Shown piece after piece: positions 1 through 9,632 of a stretch of 64,000 nt of DNA (the first letter of the stretch is position 1; every line of letters starts with the position of its first letter). The notes beneath the pieces were generated by a model, which made no database searches, was not told where the DNA came from, and saw nothing but the letters and a program-made list of their open reading frames with translations. The position numbers and the translations under genes were made by a program. The DNA comes from Tubulanus polymorphus (taxonomy: Eukaryota; Animalia; Nemertea). The stretch spans positions 12,731,947 to 12,795,946 of the forward strand of contig NC_134030.1 in the NCBI RefSeq assembly GCF_964204645.1, read 5' to 3'.

Positions 1-73
1 TGAAATTTGGGAGACGGAAATCAGACGAAATAATATACTGATATATGGCTTACAGGAAGCAAGCGAGGAACAG

Positions 74-469
74 GTGAAATTAAGGCGTAAAAAAGAGTGG
101 CAAAATCTCTATGGATTTATCACCCAGGGCTTAGGTTTAACAGATCTTCATAAACCTAAATTAGTGAACCGTGTAGGACGGTATGAGCAAAATAAATGTC
201 GCCCACTTCGGGTAATACTAGCTACAGAACTCGATAAAGAATTGATCATAAACAGATTTATCGAATTAAGGAGAAATGGAGATCCATCTATTACAGGGGT
301 ATCTGTATCCAGCGATAGAACTATGAACCAAAGAAAACACTATCAGAAATTAAGGGAAGAGCTGCAGGAAAGAACAAAAAATGGAGAACGAGGTCTTATC
401 ATTCGTGGGAATGATATAGTCAGTAGATTACCGCCGGCATTTCGTCAAGCAAACCAAAACCAACCATAA
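74..469 (+). CDS. LINE ORF1 protein, C-terminal part (true start probably upstream of the window)
   Basis: RVGR...RPLRVIL...SDRT..QR.....LREEL..R...GE..LIIRG pattern typical of CR1/L2 ORF1 C-termini; lies directly upstream of ORF2. Confidence 0.7.
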   Translation: MKLRRKKEWQNLYGFITQGLGLTDLHKPKLVNRVGRYEQNKCRPLRVILATELDKELIINRFIELRRNGDPSITGVSVSSDRTMNQRKHYQKLREELQERTKNGERGLIIRGNDIVSRLPPAFRQANQNQP

Positions 470-737
470 GGACAATCAACCAGACAAATCACTGTCAAAA
501 AAATTTTTAAGAAAAAATGATCAAAATCTGAAAAGTAACCAATCAATGTTAAAAAGTAATTGCAAATCGAATCAACAAAAACCAGGAAATTATGATAGGA
601 GCCAATCATCAACTGAAATTACGAGAAAGAATCACGAAAGATCCAAATTACATAAGAATTAACAAAATAGATCAGCGAAAAAGAAATTATTAGTACCAAA
701 ACAATCACTCGATAATAATCGCAATAATCAACTGTCA

Positions 738-1338
738 ATGAATGTTGCATCTAGCAGACCGACACATAACCCTGCAGATGACAGTATATTATATGAAAAT
801 GAAGATAATCAAAAAGAATCACCAAAGAATGAAGGATACAATAAAAACTCAAACAACTGTTATTACAGAAACCAAGAGAAAAATATTAAAGTTCTATATA
901 CTAATGCTGATAGCATGATGAATAAAAAACCTGAGTTGAGTGCCCTAAAGATCGAACACGATCCAGACATTATATGCATCACTGAAGCTAAACCGAAATA
1001 TAGTACCTTAGCATATAACCCCAGTGATGTTATGTTCAATGGTTGTGAAGAATATGAAACATTTACCAATATAGAGGAAGATGGAAGAGGAATCGCCGTT
1101 TTCATCCGATCTACTATGAAACCATGTAAACCGCCCGTGCGAGTTCTAGAGAGACTGAAGGCATCAATGACTAATGAAATAATTTGGGTAGAAATTCATC
1201 ATACTTCTAACAAACGGCCTTTGCTCCTGGGATGCGCCTATCGAAGCCCAAACAGCAGTCTGGTGAATATCAACCATTTCAGAGATATGATTATATCTTT
1301 AGGAACCTTAAAGGAATATCAAACTGTACTATGTGGTG
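738..1338 (+). CDS. LINE ORF2 N-terminal part: apurinic-like endonuclease, interrupted by the Polinton
   Basis: YTNADS, DIICITE, GRGIAVFI, YRSPNS motifs; ends VLCG at the TSD. Confidence 0.9.
1333..1338. repeat. Left target-site duplication GTGGTG
   Basis: Identical 6-mer at 20723-20728; 6-bp TSD is typical of Polintons. Confidence 0.95.
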
Positions 1339-1777
1339 AGTAATAGGGATAATGGGCTTTCAGGCCAAAGGTCGAACGGTCGAGCTCGTAAAAATGAAAA
1401 AACATAAAAATAATTACAATTTCTACTTGAATTAGGAGTGAAACTCATAAAAATGAAAAATAAATTCTCACACGCTCGAATTTATTTTTCATTTTTATGA
1501 GTTTCACTCCTAATTCAAGTAGAAATTGTAATTATTTTTATGTTTTTTCATTTTTTCTCACCCGCCCGTTCAATCTTTAGCCTGATAGCCCATTATCCCT
1601 ATTACTCTTAAAATATTCATATATATATGAATAACATTTAAATCATTGAACTTCTAAAATCAATTTTAATAAAAAATATAGTATTAAAATCGAAGCAAAT
1701 AAGTACTATTGCCCAACATGTAATATCGATATAGATAAGTCTCAAAAAGCAATACACAATAAAACTAGAACACATTT
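1339..1777 (+). repeat. Left terminal inverted repeat (439 bp); 1339-1606 is an imperfect palindrome
   Basis: Reverse complement of 20284-20722 with about 7 mismatches; AGTAATAGGGATAATGGG...CCCATTATCCCTATTACT symmetric about the loop at 1468-1477. Confidence 0.95.
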
Positions 1778-2838
1778 GTTTTTAGTCCAGTTGGTTAAAG
1801 CAAAAACATTTATCGAATTAAGGAACTCAACACATAGTGAAAAATACGTTGAATCGTTATAAACACCCGATAATACTCAGCTATATAATTGGTTGTATTA
1901 GCTCTAGTAAACATATGTTACCAGCTTATATTTCAATTGTAAAGAGTTAATTAATTTCATTAATCTAAATGCTTTTATTATTGATTTTTTTCAACTTCAA
2001 CACGTTGTGTATACAGCGAACGTAGCGAATCACAAATCTCATAATTTACAAGTCTCAACACGCTTGTTCTAGATGTTTATACTAGAACATGATTCTATTT
2101 GAGCCTATATACATTCAATGTACAGAGCCATAGAATAAATCTATAAATTCGCAGCTGTTACGGTTGTTACTATAACAACGAGATATTATGACACGTCATA
2201 ATCAGAAACGTGTAGAATATTCTAGAAAGGCGCACCGGAACTAGATGACATAGCATAATCAACGACGTGTCATTCTAGAAATCGCCCCGGAAATGGATAT
2301 ACGCTGTAACATTGTGCTCAGGATATTCTATCTTTCGAAACGAAATTAGGAGTTTATAGTATACAATTATAAATCTAAATGTAAGTACTGTTTGTTGTAG
2401 TTATTAAGGTTATTAAATATGAAACCTTTAGATATATTTAAGTGTATTTAGTATATATTTTAGATAGCTAGAGTTACCGCTAATATCTTTTAGATTAATA
2501 AAACGTCATACACATCAAGAAGTGATAGAGAAACTCAAGATACTCTTTCTGACTGAGGAATCAACAGCAATGGATATCAAACCAATAGAAATTAGCACAA
2601 GAAACACAAGAATCACCAAAAGATCGTCGAAGAAACTATATAAGAATTTCAAAAACATTAAGACTCCAATGATTAAGTTTAGCATTTGTTGATGTAGTTA
2701 AATATTTACCAGCAATTGAAAAAATGTTTGTAATTATAAATTGTATTTATAGAAATCAAATGATGTATTAGAAGAAATGACTGAACAACTTGTATAATGT
2801 ATTGTGTAAATCTGATTTGTGAATTTTTATGTTCAGTC

Positions 2839-3400
2839 GTTTCTATTATGATTAACACATACGCATTAAGCAAAACCGGCCACAAATGGCCGCATGTGAC
2901 ACATGTAACGCATGTGACGCAGACATGAATACGTTTGAATTTTCTATGTTTAGTTGTTTCTATTTTACAGAATTTATAGAATGAATATATAATTATGATT
3001 AACACATAAGCATTAAGCAAAACCGGCCATAAATGGCCGCATGTAACACATGTAACGCATGTAACGCGTATGTTGTTTCTATTTTACAGAATTTATAGAA
3101 TGAATATATAATTATGATTAACACATATACATTAAGCAAAACCGGCCATAAATGGCCGCATGTAACACATGTAACGCATATGTTGTTTCTATTTTACAGA
3201 ATTTATAGAATGAATATATAATTATGTTTAACACATGCGTATTAAGCAAAAACGCTCCAATAAGAGCGGTTTTGCCTAATGCGAACACGTTTTGATATTT
3301 CACGTCGGTCGTTTCTATTTTACAGAATTTATAGAATGAATATATAATTATGTTTAACGCATGCGCATTAAGCAAAACCGGCCACAAATGGCCGGCCGCT
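2839..3400. repeat. Array of 5 imperfect ~100-150-bp repeats, each carrying a small hairpin
   Basis: Unit GTTTCTATTTTACAGAATTTATAGAATGAATATATAATTATG...ATTAAGCAAAA followed by CCGGCCA(C/T)AAATGGCCG. Confidence 0.85.
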
Positions 3401-3540
3401 TGTATTATTTAGATATCAAGGAATCGAAATGATTTATCAACTACGGCGGCGAGGAATGAAAAAGAACAAGGAATGGAAAAGAGCAGCACATAGATTTCAA
3501 ACAAAAATAAATCAGTTTTAGAAAAAAATATGTATAATAA

Positions 3541-4218
3541 ATGGAACCAGAACAACCACAAACTATCAATATTACAAATAACACTGGCGTTATAAACATA
3601 TATTACAAGAAGTGTTCTAAATGTGAATTAGATAAATTAGCTATAACAGAATTTAGTAAGCGTAAGATTAGCAAAGATGGTTTTCAAAATTGTTGTAAAA
3701 CTTGTGCTAAACTATACACCAAACAATATCGAGAAGATAATATAAAACATTATAATCATTATATGACAAAATATATGAGAGAAAGATATCAAACAGATCT
3801 TAATTTTAGATTGAAACAATGCTTAAGGTCTAGATTAACACAATTATTCAACAAAGAAACACATTCAGAAACACTATCTAATTTGTTGGGTTGTTCAGAT
3901 GAATTTCTCAAATCATGGATAATATTTCAATTCGATGATAAAATGAATATAGATAATTATGGGGATTATTACCACATTGATCACGTGTTACCAATATCTA
4001 AATTTAACATGAATGATGAATATAATAAAAAACTTATTTGGAATTGGAAGAATCTAAGGCCTTTAGAAAAGAAAGAAAATCAAATCAAATCTAATAAACT
4101 AGATTTACAATTATATTTGGAACAGTTGAATAAAGCAAGGAAATTTATTGATTGGTGGAATAGTAACCCACAGAATGAACAATACGTTGAGGAATTTGAT
4201 ATCAAGGATCCGAAATGA
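3541..4218 (+). CDS. HNH endonuclease with N-terminal Cys4 zinc finger (NCLDV/phage-type)
   Basis: KKCSKC...EF......KDG....CKTC and YHIDHVLPISKF...WKNLRPL...EN..KSNK. Confidence 0.8.
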   Translation: MEPEQPQTINITNNTGVINIYYKKCSKCELDKLAITEFSKRKISKDGFQNCCKTCAKLYTKQYREDNIKHYNHYMTKYMRERYQTDLNFRLKQCLRSRLTQLFNKETHSETLSNLLGCSDEFLKSWIIFQFDDKMNIDNYGDYYHIDHVLPISKFNMNDEYNKKLIWNWKNLRPLEKKENQIKSNKLDLQLYLEQLNKARKFIDWWNSNPQNEQYVEEFDIKDPK

Positions 4219-4519
4219 CTTATCTGGACAGTTATAACTACTGCTCCTAATAGATAAACAAAAGTAGTGAGATATCAAATAGAATTTAGATAAAATATAA
4301 TAAAAAAACAATAACTTCAACTAGCTAGTGAATTCTATTATATTTTTAATATTTTCTTTTCAAAAGAGAATACTTTATATTTTGAATAGATTCAAATAGA
4401 AATTCTTTAAATTCAAATAGCTAGTATCAGTAGTCAATACTAGAATTCTTTAGCTTTAACTAGCTAGTATCATTTGAAGAATACTTATAATATTTTTTTG
4501 CTTTTTTTCTCTAATATAA

Positions 4520-5125
4520 ATGTCAAAGAAATCTAATAAGAATAGTATTGATATTGAAAAGACATTAGATGATTTGGGTATAAGTGATAATAAAGATACA
4601 GTTGCAACTAAATGTGATAATAAAATTGATAGTAATATTGATTATGAATACTATTTATATTGTAAGCATCATCTAGAACTATGGATTGCGAGTGGAAAAA
4701 CTAAAGAGTTTATTGGTAAAACAATAACTTTTCAAGAATTAGATAATATGAATAAAGAAAAAGTAATCAAATATTTTAAGATTTATGAAGAAGCTCGATT
4801 AGCTAGAATAAACGACTCTATAAGTGATGGTATTATCAAATGTTATTCTAAGTTATGTAACCAGTTAATACCAATTGATGATGAAAATAAATTATGTAAT
4901 GATTTGAAAAATGACTATTTAGTTATGACTGAATTACAAAAATGGGTTGGATATGCTTCATTTCAATTAGGATCGGTTATGACGTTGATTTCTACTGGAG
5001 TTATAACATTTTCGAACATCAAACCTATGGAATATAAATCAGGTAAGAACGAAACAGATGTACTACAACCAAACAGTGAAACAGAAAATGAATCAGAACA
5101 AAAATTAACTAAAATAAATGAGTGA
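4520..5125 (+). CDS. Conserved Polinton hypothetical protein with hydrophobic C-terminal segment
   Basis: 201-aa ORF in tight gene array, TAAATG start, hydrophobic GYASFQLGSVMTLISTGVITF. Confidence 0.7.
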   Translation: MSKKSNKNSIDIEKTLDDLGISDNKDTVATKCDNKIDSNIDYEYYLYCKHHLELWIASGKTKEFIGKTITFQELDNMNKEKVIKYFKIYEEARLARINDSISDGIIKCYSKLCNQLIPIDDENKLCNDLKNDYLVMTELQKWVGYASFQLGSVMTLISTGVITFSNIKPMEYKSGKNETDVLQPNSETENESEQKLTKINE

Positions 5126-5492
5126 TGGAGTTAAGAAAAAGCCTAGATCCGAGAAACAAATTAAATGGGCAAGAGAATTAGGTAAAAGATCTTCAGAATT
5201 AAAAAAAGCTAAGAAAAAGAAATTAACTGATATAAATGAATCACCTGATGATGCCGTACGGCACCCACACGGTGGTATTGATTCAAATAATAATCCATCT
5301 AATTCTTCTAATAGTGGAAGAAATAATTACTTATATATTACAATTGGGTTAATCGCAGTAATTGTATTCTCTGGTGTAATATATAAATCAAAATTCAAAT
5401 CTGACGATAAAGATGATTCTAATGATGATAAACCTATTATAACAGAAAATAAATCAAATGAAAATAAATATAAAATATTATTAATGGATTAA
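5118..5492 (+). CDS. Small basic single-pass membrane protein
   Basis: Lys/Arg-rich N-terminus and TM helix YLYITIGLIAVIVFSGVIY; 3' remnant present in the second copy at 54639-54684. Confidence 0.7.
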   Translation: MSDGVKKKPRSEKQIKWARELGKRSSELKKAKKKKLTDINESPDDAVRHPHGGIDSNNNPSNSSNSGRNNYLYITIGLIAVIVFSGVIYKSKFKSDDKDDSNDDKPIITENKSNENKYKILLMD

Positions 5493-5495
5493 AAT

Positions 5496-6584
5496 ATGAT
5501 GAAAAAAGAACAATATTTAAGAGAGTTATATCATAACCCAGAAAGTGAAGTTTCATATTCAAGTGTTTCGGAATTATGGGATAAAATTAAATCTGATAAT
5601 GGTGGTATAAAATATAGTGAATTAAAATCATGGTTACAAAATCAACCCACATATCAAATTCATAAAAAGATGGATAAAAAATATTTAACAAGAAAAGTTA
5701 TGGTTTCATATATTGATCAACAATGGCAAGCAGATTTAATTGATATGAAAAACTTAGAAGAATATAACAAAGGATATTTCTGGATACTGAATGTTATAGA
5801 TATATTCAGTAGATACGCATGGAGTATCCCGATTAAAAATAAAACTGGTATAGAAGTTACAAATGCTTTTAAATCTATATTTAAAGAAGCTATTCCAGAT
5901 AAAATACAATTTGATGAAGGTAAAGAATTTTATAACAAACATTTTAAAAAACTATTAACTGATAACGATGTAGAATATTTTTCAACACATTCAGATAAAA
6001 AAGCATCTGTTATAGAAAGATTTAATAAAACATTGAAAACTAGAATGTGGAAATATTTCACCGCTAATGAAACATATAAATATATCGATGTGTTAGATGA
6101 TTTAGTTAAAGGTTATAATAATTCTAAACATAGTTCTATAAATATGAAACCTATACAAGCTAGAAAAGAAGATAATTCAGAAATAGTTTGGAATAATTTA
6201 TATGGAGTATTTGTTATACATGATTTTGGAGAACCTAAATTTAAAATAGGACAACATGTTAGAATTTCTAAATATCGAAAAACATTTTATAAAGGTTATA
6301 CCCCTAATTTTACTGAAGAAATATTTAAAATTAAAAAGATAATATTAACTAAACCATTTGTTTATAAATTAGAAGATTTAAAAGATGAAGAAATATTAGG
6401 TTATTTTTATGAACAAGAATTATCATTAGTACCAAATCCAGATGAAATAGAATACAAAATAGAAAAGGTATTGAAAACAAAAACTCTTAAAGGAAAAAAG
6501 TATTCTATGGTGAAATATAAAGGATATGATGATAAATTTAATGAATGGATTTTATCTAGTAAAATTAAAAGAATAAATGAATAA
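5496..6584 (+). CDS. RVE (retroviral-like) integrase with C-terminal chromodomain
   Basis: WQADLIDM, IDIFSRYAW, QFDEGKEF, IERFNKTLK (DDE triad); EYKIEKVL...VKYKGYDDKFNEWI chromo-like end. Confidence 0.95.
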   Translation: MMKKEQYLRELYHNPESEVSYSSVSELWDKIKSDNGGIKYSELKSWLQNQPTYQIHKKMDKKYLTRKVMVSYIDQQWQADLIDMKNLEEYNKGYFWILNVIDIFSRYAWSIPIKNKTGIEVTNAFKSIFKEAIPDKIQFDEGKEFYNKHFKKLLTDNDVEYFSTHSDKKASVIERFNKTLKTRMWKYFTANETYKYIDVLDDLVKGYNNSKHSSINMKPIQARKEDNSEIVWNNLYGVFVIHDFGEPKFKIGQHVRISKYRKTFYKGYTPNFTEEIFKIKKIILTKPFVYKLEDLKDEEILGYFYEQELSLVPNPDEIEYKIEKVLKTKTLKGKKYSMVKYKGYDDKFNEWILSSKIKRINE

Positions 6585-7188
6585 AGATTTATTTATATTT
6601 GAACCGCATAATATGTTGGTTACTGGAGTTACAAATTGTGGTAAAACACATTTCATATTAGACTTGTTAGAAACTATTTATAAGAATCATTTTGATAATA
6701 TAATATTATTCTGTCCTACATATGAAATGAATAAAACGTATAATAGAGATATAGTTAAGATAAAAAAGTTTATTATATTAAACCCTAAAACAGTAAAAGA
6801 AAATTTAGATAATTGTATAAAAATTGCATTAGATATTTATAAAGGATCTAATACATTATTTATTATTGATGATTGCGCAAATTTACATGATTCTAAAATT
6901 AGAGAAAGTGAGTTATGTTATTTAGCTTTCTCTGGTAGACATTTTGGGATAACAACATGGGTTTTAAATCAGAAATATAATTCAATTGTTAAAGATTTTA
7001 GAGAGAATATAAGATTTCTAGTTTTATTCTACAACAAAGATAGAAAATCTATGCAACAATCATTGGAAGAAAATCAAATTATACCTACTGAATTACATGA
7101 TGAATGTATGAATAAATTAAAAAATAATAAAGGTTCCAAATTACTTATGAGATTACAATTTCCATATGAATATAAATTTATAAAATAA
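6577..7188 (+). CDS. A32/FtsK-HerA family DNA packaging ATPase
   Basis: Walker A GVTNCGKT, Walker B FIIDD, GRH arginine finger, NQKY. Confidence 0.93.
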   Translation: MNKDLFIFEPHNMLVTGVTNCGKTHFILDLLETIYKNHFDNIILFCPTYEMNKTYNRDIVKIKKFIILNPKTVKENLDNCIKIALDIYKGSNTLFIIDDCANLHDSKIRESELCYLAFSGRHFGITTWVLNQKYNSIVKDFRENIRFLVLFYNKDRKSMQQSLEENQIIPTELHDECMNKLKNNKGSKLLMRLQFPYEYKFIK

Positions 7189-7206
7189 CTATTTGTATAC
7201 CTATGT

Positions 7207-7270
7207 ATTAGATACCCTAATACCTGATACCCTATTAGATACCCTAATACCTGATACCCGATTAGATACC
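7207..7270. repeat. 27-bp tandem repeat (about 2.4 copies) in the convergent intergenic region
   Basis: ATTAGATACCCTAATACCTGATACCC repeated. Confidence 0.75.
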
Positions 7271-7329
7271 TTAAATAATTTAAACCCCTTTTTTTATTTA
7301 CTATTATTTTATACAATTTTCAACCTTTA

Positions 7330-8328
7330 TTATTCAAGTTTTAGATAATCAATTTCTGAATCACTTTCACTATCAGACGGTCTTAACAACATATTTAAAT
7401 GCTCTACCGAATCTACATCAACATCTTCATAATTTTTTTTCACCTTTTTCACCTTTTTCACCTTTTTCACCTTTTTAACATTTTTTACCAAATCATCAAT
7501 AGTTGTTTCATTTTTAAACTTATTCATCCAATCAAATTTATCATTATTTTCTACTTTAAGTTTTATAGAATCTTTATTATCAATATGTTTAACTGTAACT
7601 ATATCATCATGTGGGTGTATGACATCATTTTCATTATCATCTTTATTAGTGTTTGCTCCTAATATTTCATTTACAGTGTTTGATCCTAATATTTCATTAG
7701 CATCGGTTAAATCTAATTCATCTTTATTAGGTGTTGCTAATAATAAATCTTCATATAATTCTTTACCATTTACTTTTTTATTTGAAACAAATTTTGTAAC
7801 ATATCTAAATGGGTGTTCTATAAATTCTCTTAAACCAACACGTTCTATAACATTAGTAATATGTGAATTTGTATTCATATGTTTATTCCAATTTGATGGA
7901 GCGTTTGAAAATTCACCATTACAATAACCACAATAATTTCTATTTTCACTAACATCTAATATTATTGCATTATTATATGTAGAAGGTATTACGTTATTAG
8001 ATGTAGAAGGTATTACAGATGTAGTAGGAGGTATTACAGATGTAGTAGGTATTACAGATGTAGTAGTAGGTATTACAGATGTAGTAGTAGGTATTACAGA
8101 TGTAGTAGTAGGTATTACAGATGTAGTAGGTATTACATTATTATCAATTACACTATTATTAACAACACCACTTTTATTATTATCGATTTCTATCAGTTTA
8201 GTTTTATAATTTTTAAAAATAGGATCAAATATCAAAGCTATATTACAAGGTATTACATAATATAAACCATCATTATTTTCATGTGTATCGATGTATGGAA
8301 TATGTTTATATACTTTACCTCCTTCCAT
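7330..8328 (-). CDS. Hypothetical protein with VIPTTTS repeats, C2H2/U1-type zinc finger and KKV repeats
   Basis: 332-aa ORF; CGYC...WNKHMNTNSH; 18/21-bp coding repeats at 7980-8140; TAAATG start. Confidence 0.7.
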   Translation of the reverse strand: MEGGKVYKHIPYIDTHENNDGLYYVIPCNIALIFDPIFKNYKTKLIEIDNNKSGVVNNSVIDNNVIPTTSVIPTTTSVIPTTTSVIPTTTSVIPTTSVIPPTTSVIPSTSNNVIPSTYNNAIILDVSENRNYCGYCNGEFSNAPSNWNKHMNTNSHITNVIERVGLREFIEHPFRYVTKFVSNKKVNGKELYEDLLLATPNKDELDLTDANEILGSNTVNEILGANTNKDDNENDVIHPHDDIVTVKHIDNKDSIKLKVENNDKFDWMNKFKNETTIDDLVKNVKKVKKVKKVKKVKKNYEDVDVDSVEHLNMLLRPSDSESDSEIDYLKLE

Positions 8329-8360
8329 TTATTATATACATTTTTATTAAAGTTAAAATT

Positions 8361-9608
8361 TTAATACATAACACTATCTAATTGTGAATTTATAATATTT
8401 AATTGTGCGTCAGATATAATATAAATATGCATTTTAAGATTTTTGATTCCCTTTTTCTTTGTCATGAATAATTGTATTCCATCTTTTGTATTTTGTAGTT
8501 TTTTCCCAGAACCATGTAGTGAATTATCTTCAGTTGTTCTAAAATCTAACCATAATGCATATTTATTACCGGTATAATAATCAATTTGATTAATGTTACA
8601 ATTTTCAAATGATTTTACTTTTTCATTCATAAAATGTTTTTTAATTTCTACCCATCGATCAATCATTCTCATTCCTTGACAAAATATTTTATTTGCTATA
8701 CCTTCGATAGTTATTTCTACTTTTGTTATTTCAGGATTATAATAATTATCAACATTTATTGCGCCATTAGTATACGTTCCAATAGTAAAAAATATTAATA
8801 TACCTTTAATAGATCTTCTAGGGAAGTTAATATTCTCGTTAATTATTTCATCATTTGCATTAATAGTTACAATTTTAAATTTATCAATATAATCATATAA
8901 TAATGAAAATCCTTGATTGTATTGAGTTTGAATTATACTTGAAATATTTTCATCAGTTACTGTATCATATTCTAAACATATATTCGATAATTTATAACTC
9001 ATATCTTTATCAACGCTAGATATTACAATTTCATTTACAGGAGCAAATGTTATCTCAAATATAACATCTTCTTGAATTGCGTATTTATATAAAGGTGCAT
9101 TATTATTTATCAATTCAAAGTCTAATGGAATTTTATATTTGCTTCCATATATACTTTTTATCAATTTATCTACATCATTTGTTAATATTGCGCTATTTGC
9201 TTCCGATCTTAATTTATTTTGGTTTTCTGATTGAATTCCTTGAAATATCATATTATTTCTATTTTCTTTAGTTAACCATAAATCTTTATAATGCATAAAT
9301 AAATTATAATCATCTAATGAGAAAACTGTTTCCGGACCAAGCTTTATTGTTAACTTTTTAATCAAATATCTTCCAACATTATCAACGACATAATTATTAT
9401 TATTACCGATTACTTTTATATCGGCTGATAAATAAATACTATTTGGAACATAAAAAGTATTTTGTGTTAATCGAGGGATTCTAACGTATAAAGTTTCATC
9501 GGGATTAATATTTGAAGGGTTATGAGTAATTATATGATGTGATCTTTCTGCTTTAATAGCATTAGATATTCTATGATTCTTAGAAGGATTGATATAACTC
9601 CCACTCAT
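8361..9608 (-). CDS. Major capsid protein (double jelly-roll)
   Basis: 415 aa, beta-rich; NPSNINPDETLYVRIP, VGRYLIKKLTIK, LSNICLEYD, ALWLDFRT.EDNSLHGSG motifs as in animal Polinton MCPs. Confidence 0.85.
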   Translation of the reverse strand: MSGSYINPSKNHRISNAIKAERSHHIITHNPSNINPDETLYVRIPRLTQNTFYVPNSIYLSADIKVIGNNNNYVVDNVGRYLIKKLTIKLGPETVFSLDDYNLFMHYKDLWLTKENRNNMIFQGIQSENQNKLRSEANSAILTNDVDKLIKSIYGSKYKIPLDFELINNNAPLYKYAIQEDVIFEITFAPVNEIVISSVDKDMSYKLSNICLEYDTVTDENISSIIQTQYNQGFSLLYDYIDKFKIVTINANDEIINENINFPRRSIKGILIFFTIGTYTNGAINVDNYYNPEITKVEITIEGIANKIFCQGMRMIDRWVEIKKHFMNEKVKSFENCNINQIDYYTGNKYALWLDFRTTEDNSLHGSGKKLQNTKDGIQLFMTKKKGIKNLKMHIYIISDAQLNIINSQLDSVMY

Positions 9609-9624
9609 TTATTTAACAAAAAAA
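9606..9624 (-). promoter_or_regulatory. T-tract + 6-nt spacer + TAAATG start motif (example of the late-promoter-like class)
   Basis: TTTTTTT-GTTAAA-TAAATG; same design before 11203, 12972, 13415 and 13662, and similar before 12521, 14004 and 4520. Confidence 0.6.
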
Positions 9625-9632
9625 TTAATTAT

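Noticed and set aside
1344-1361. Resemblance of TAGGGATAATGGG to the I-SceI site
   Set aside because: Only a partial match, and it is not conserved in element 2's terminus
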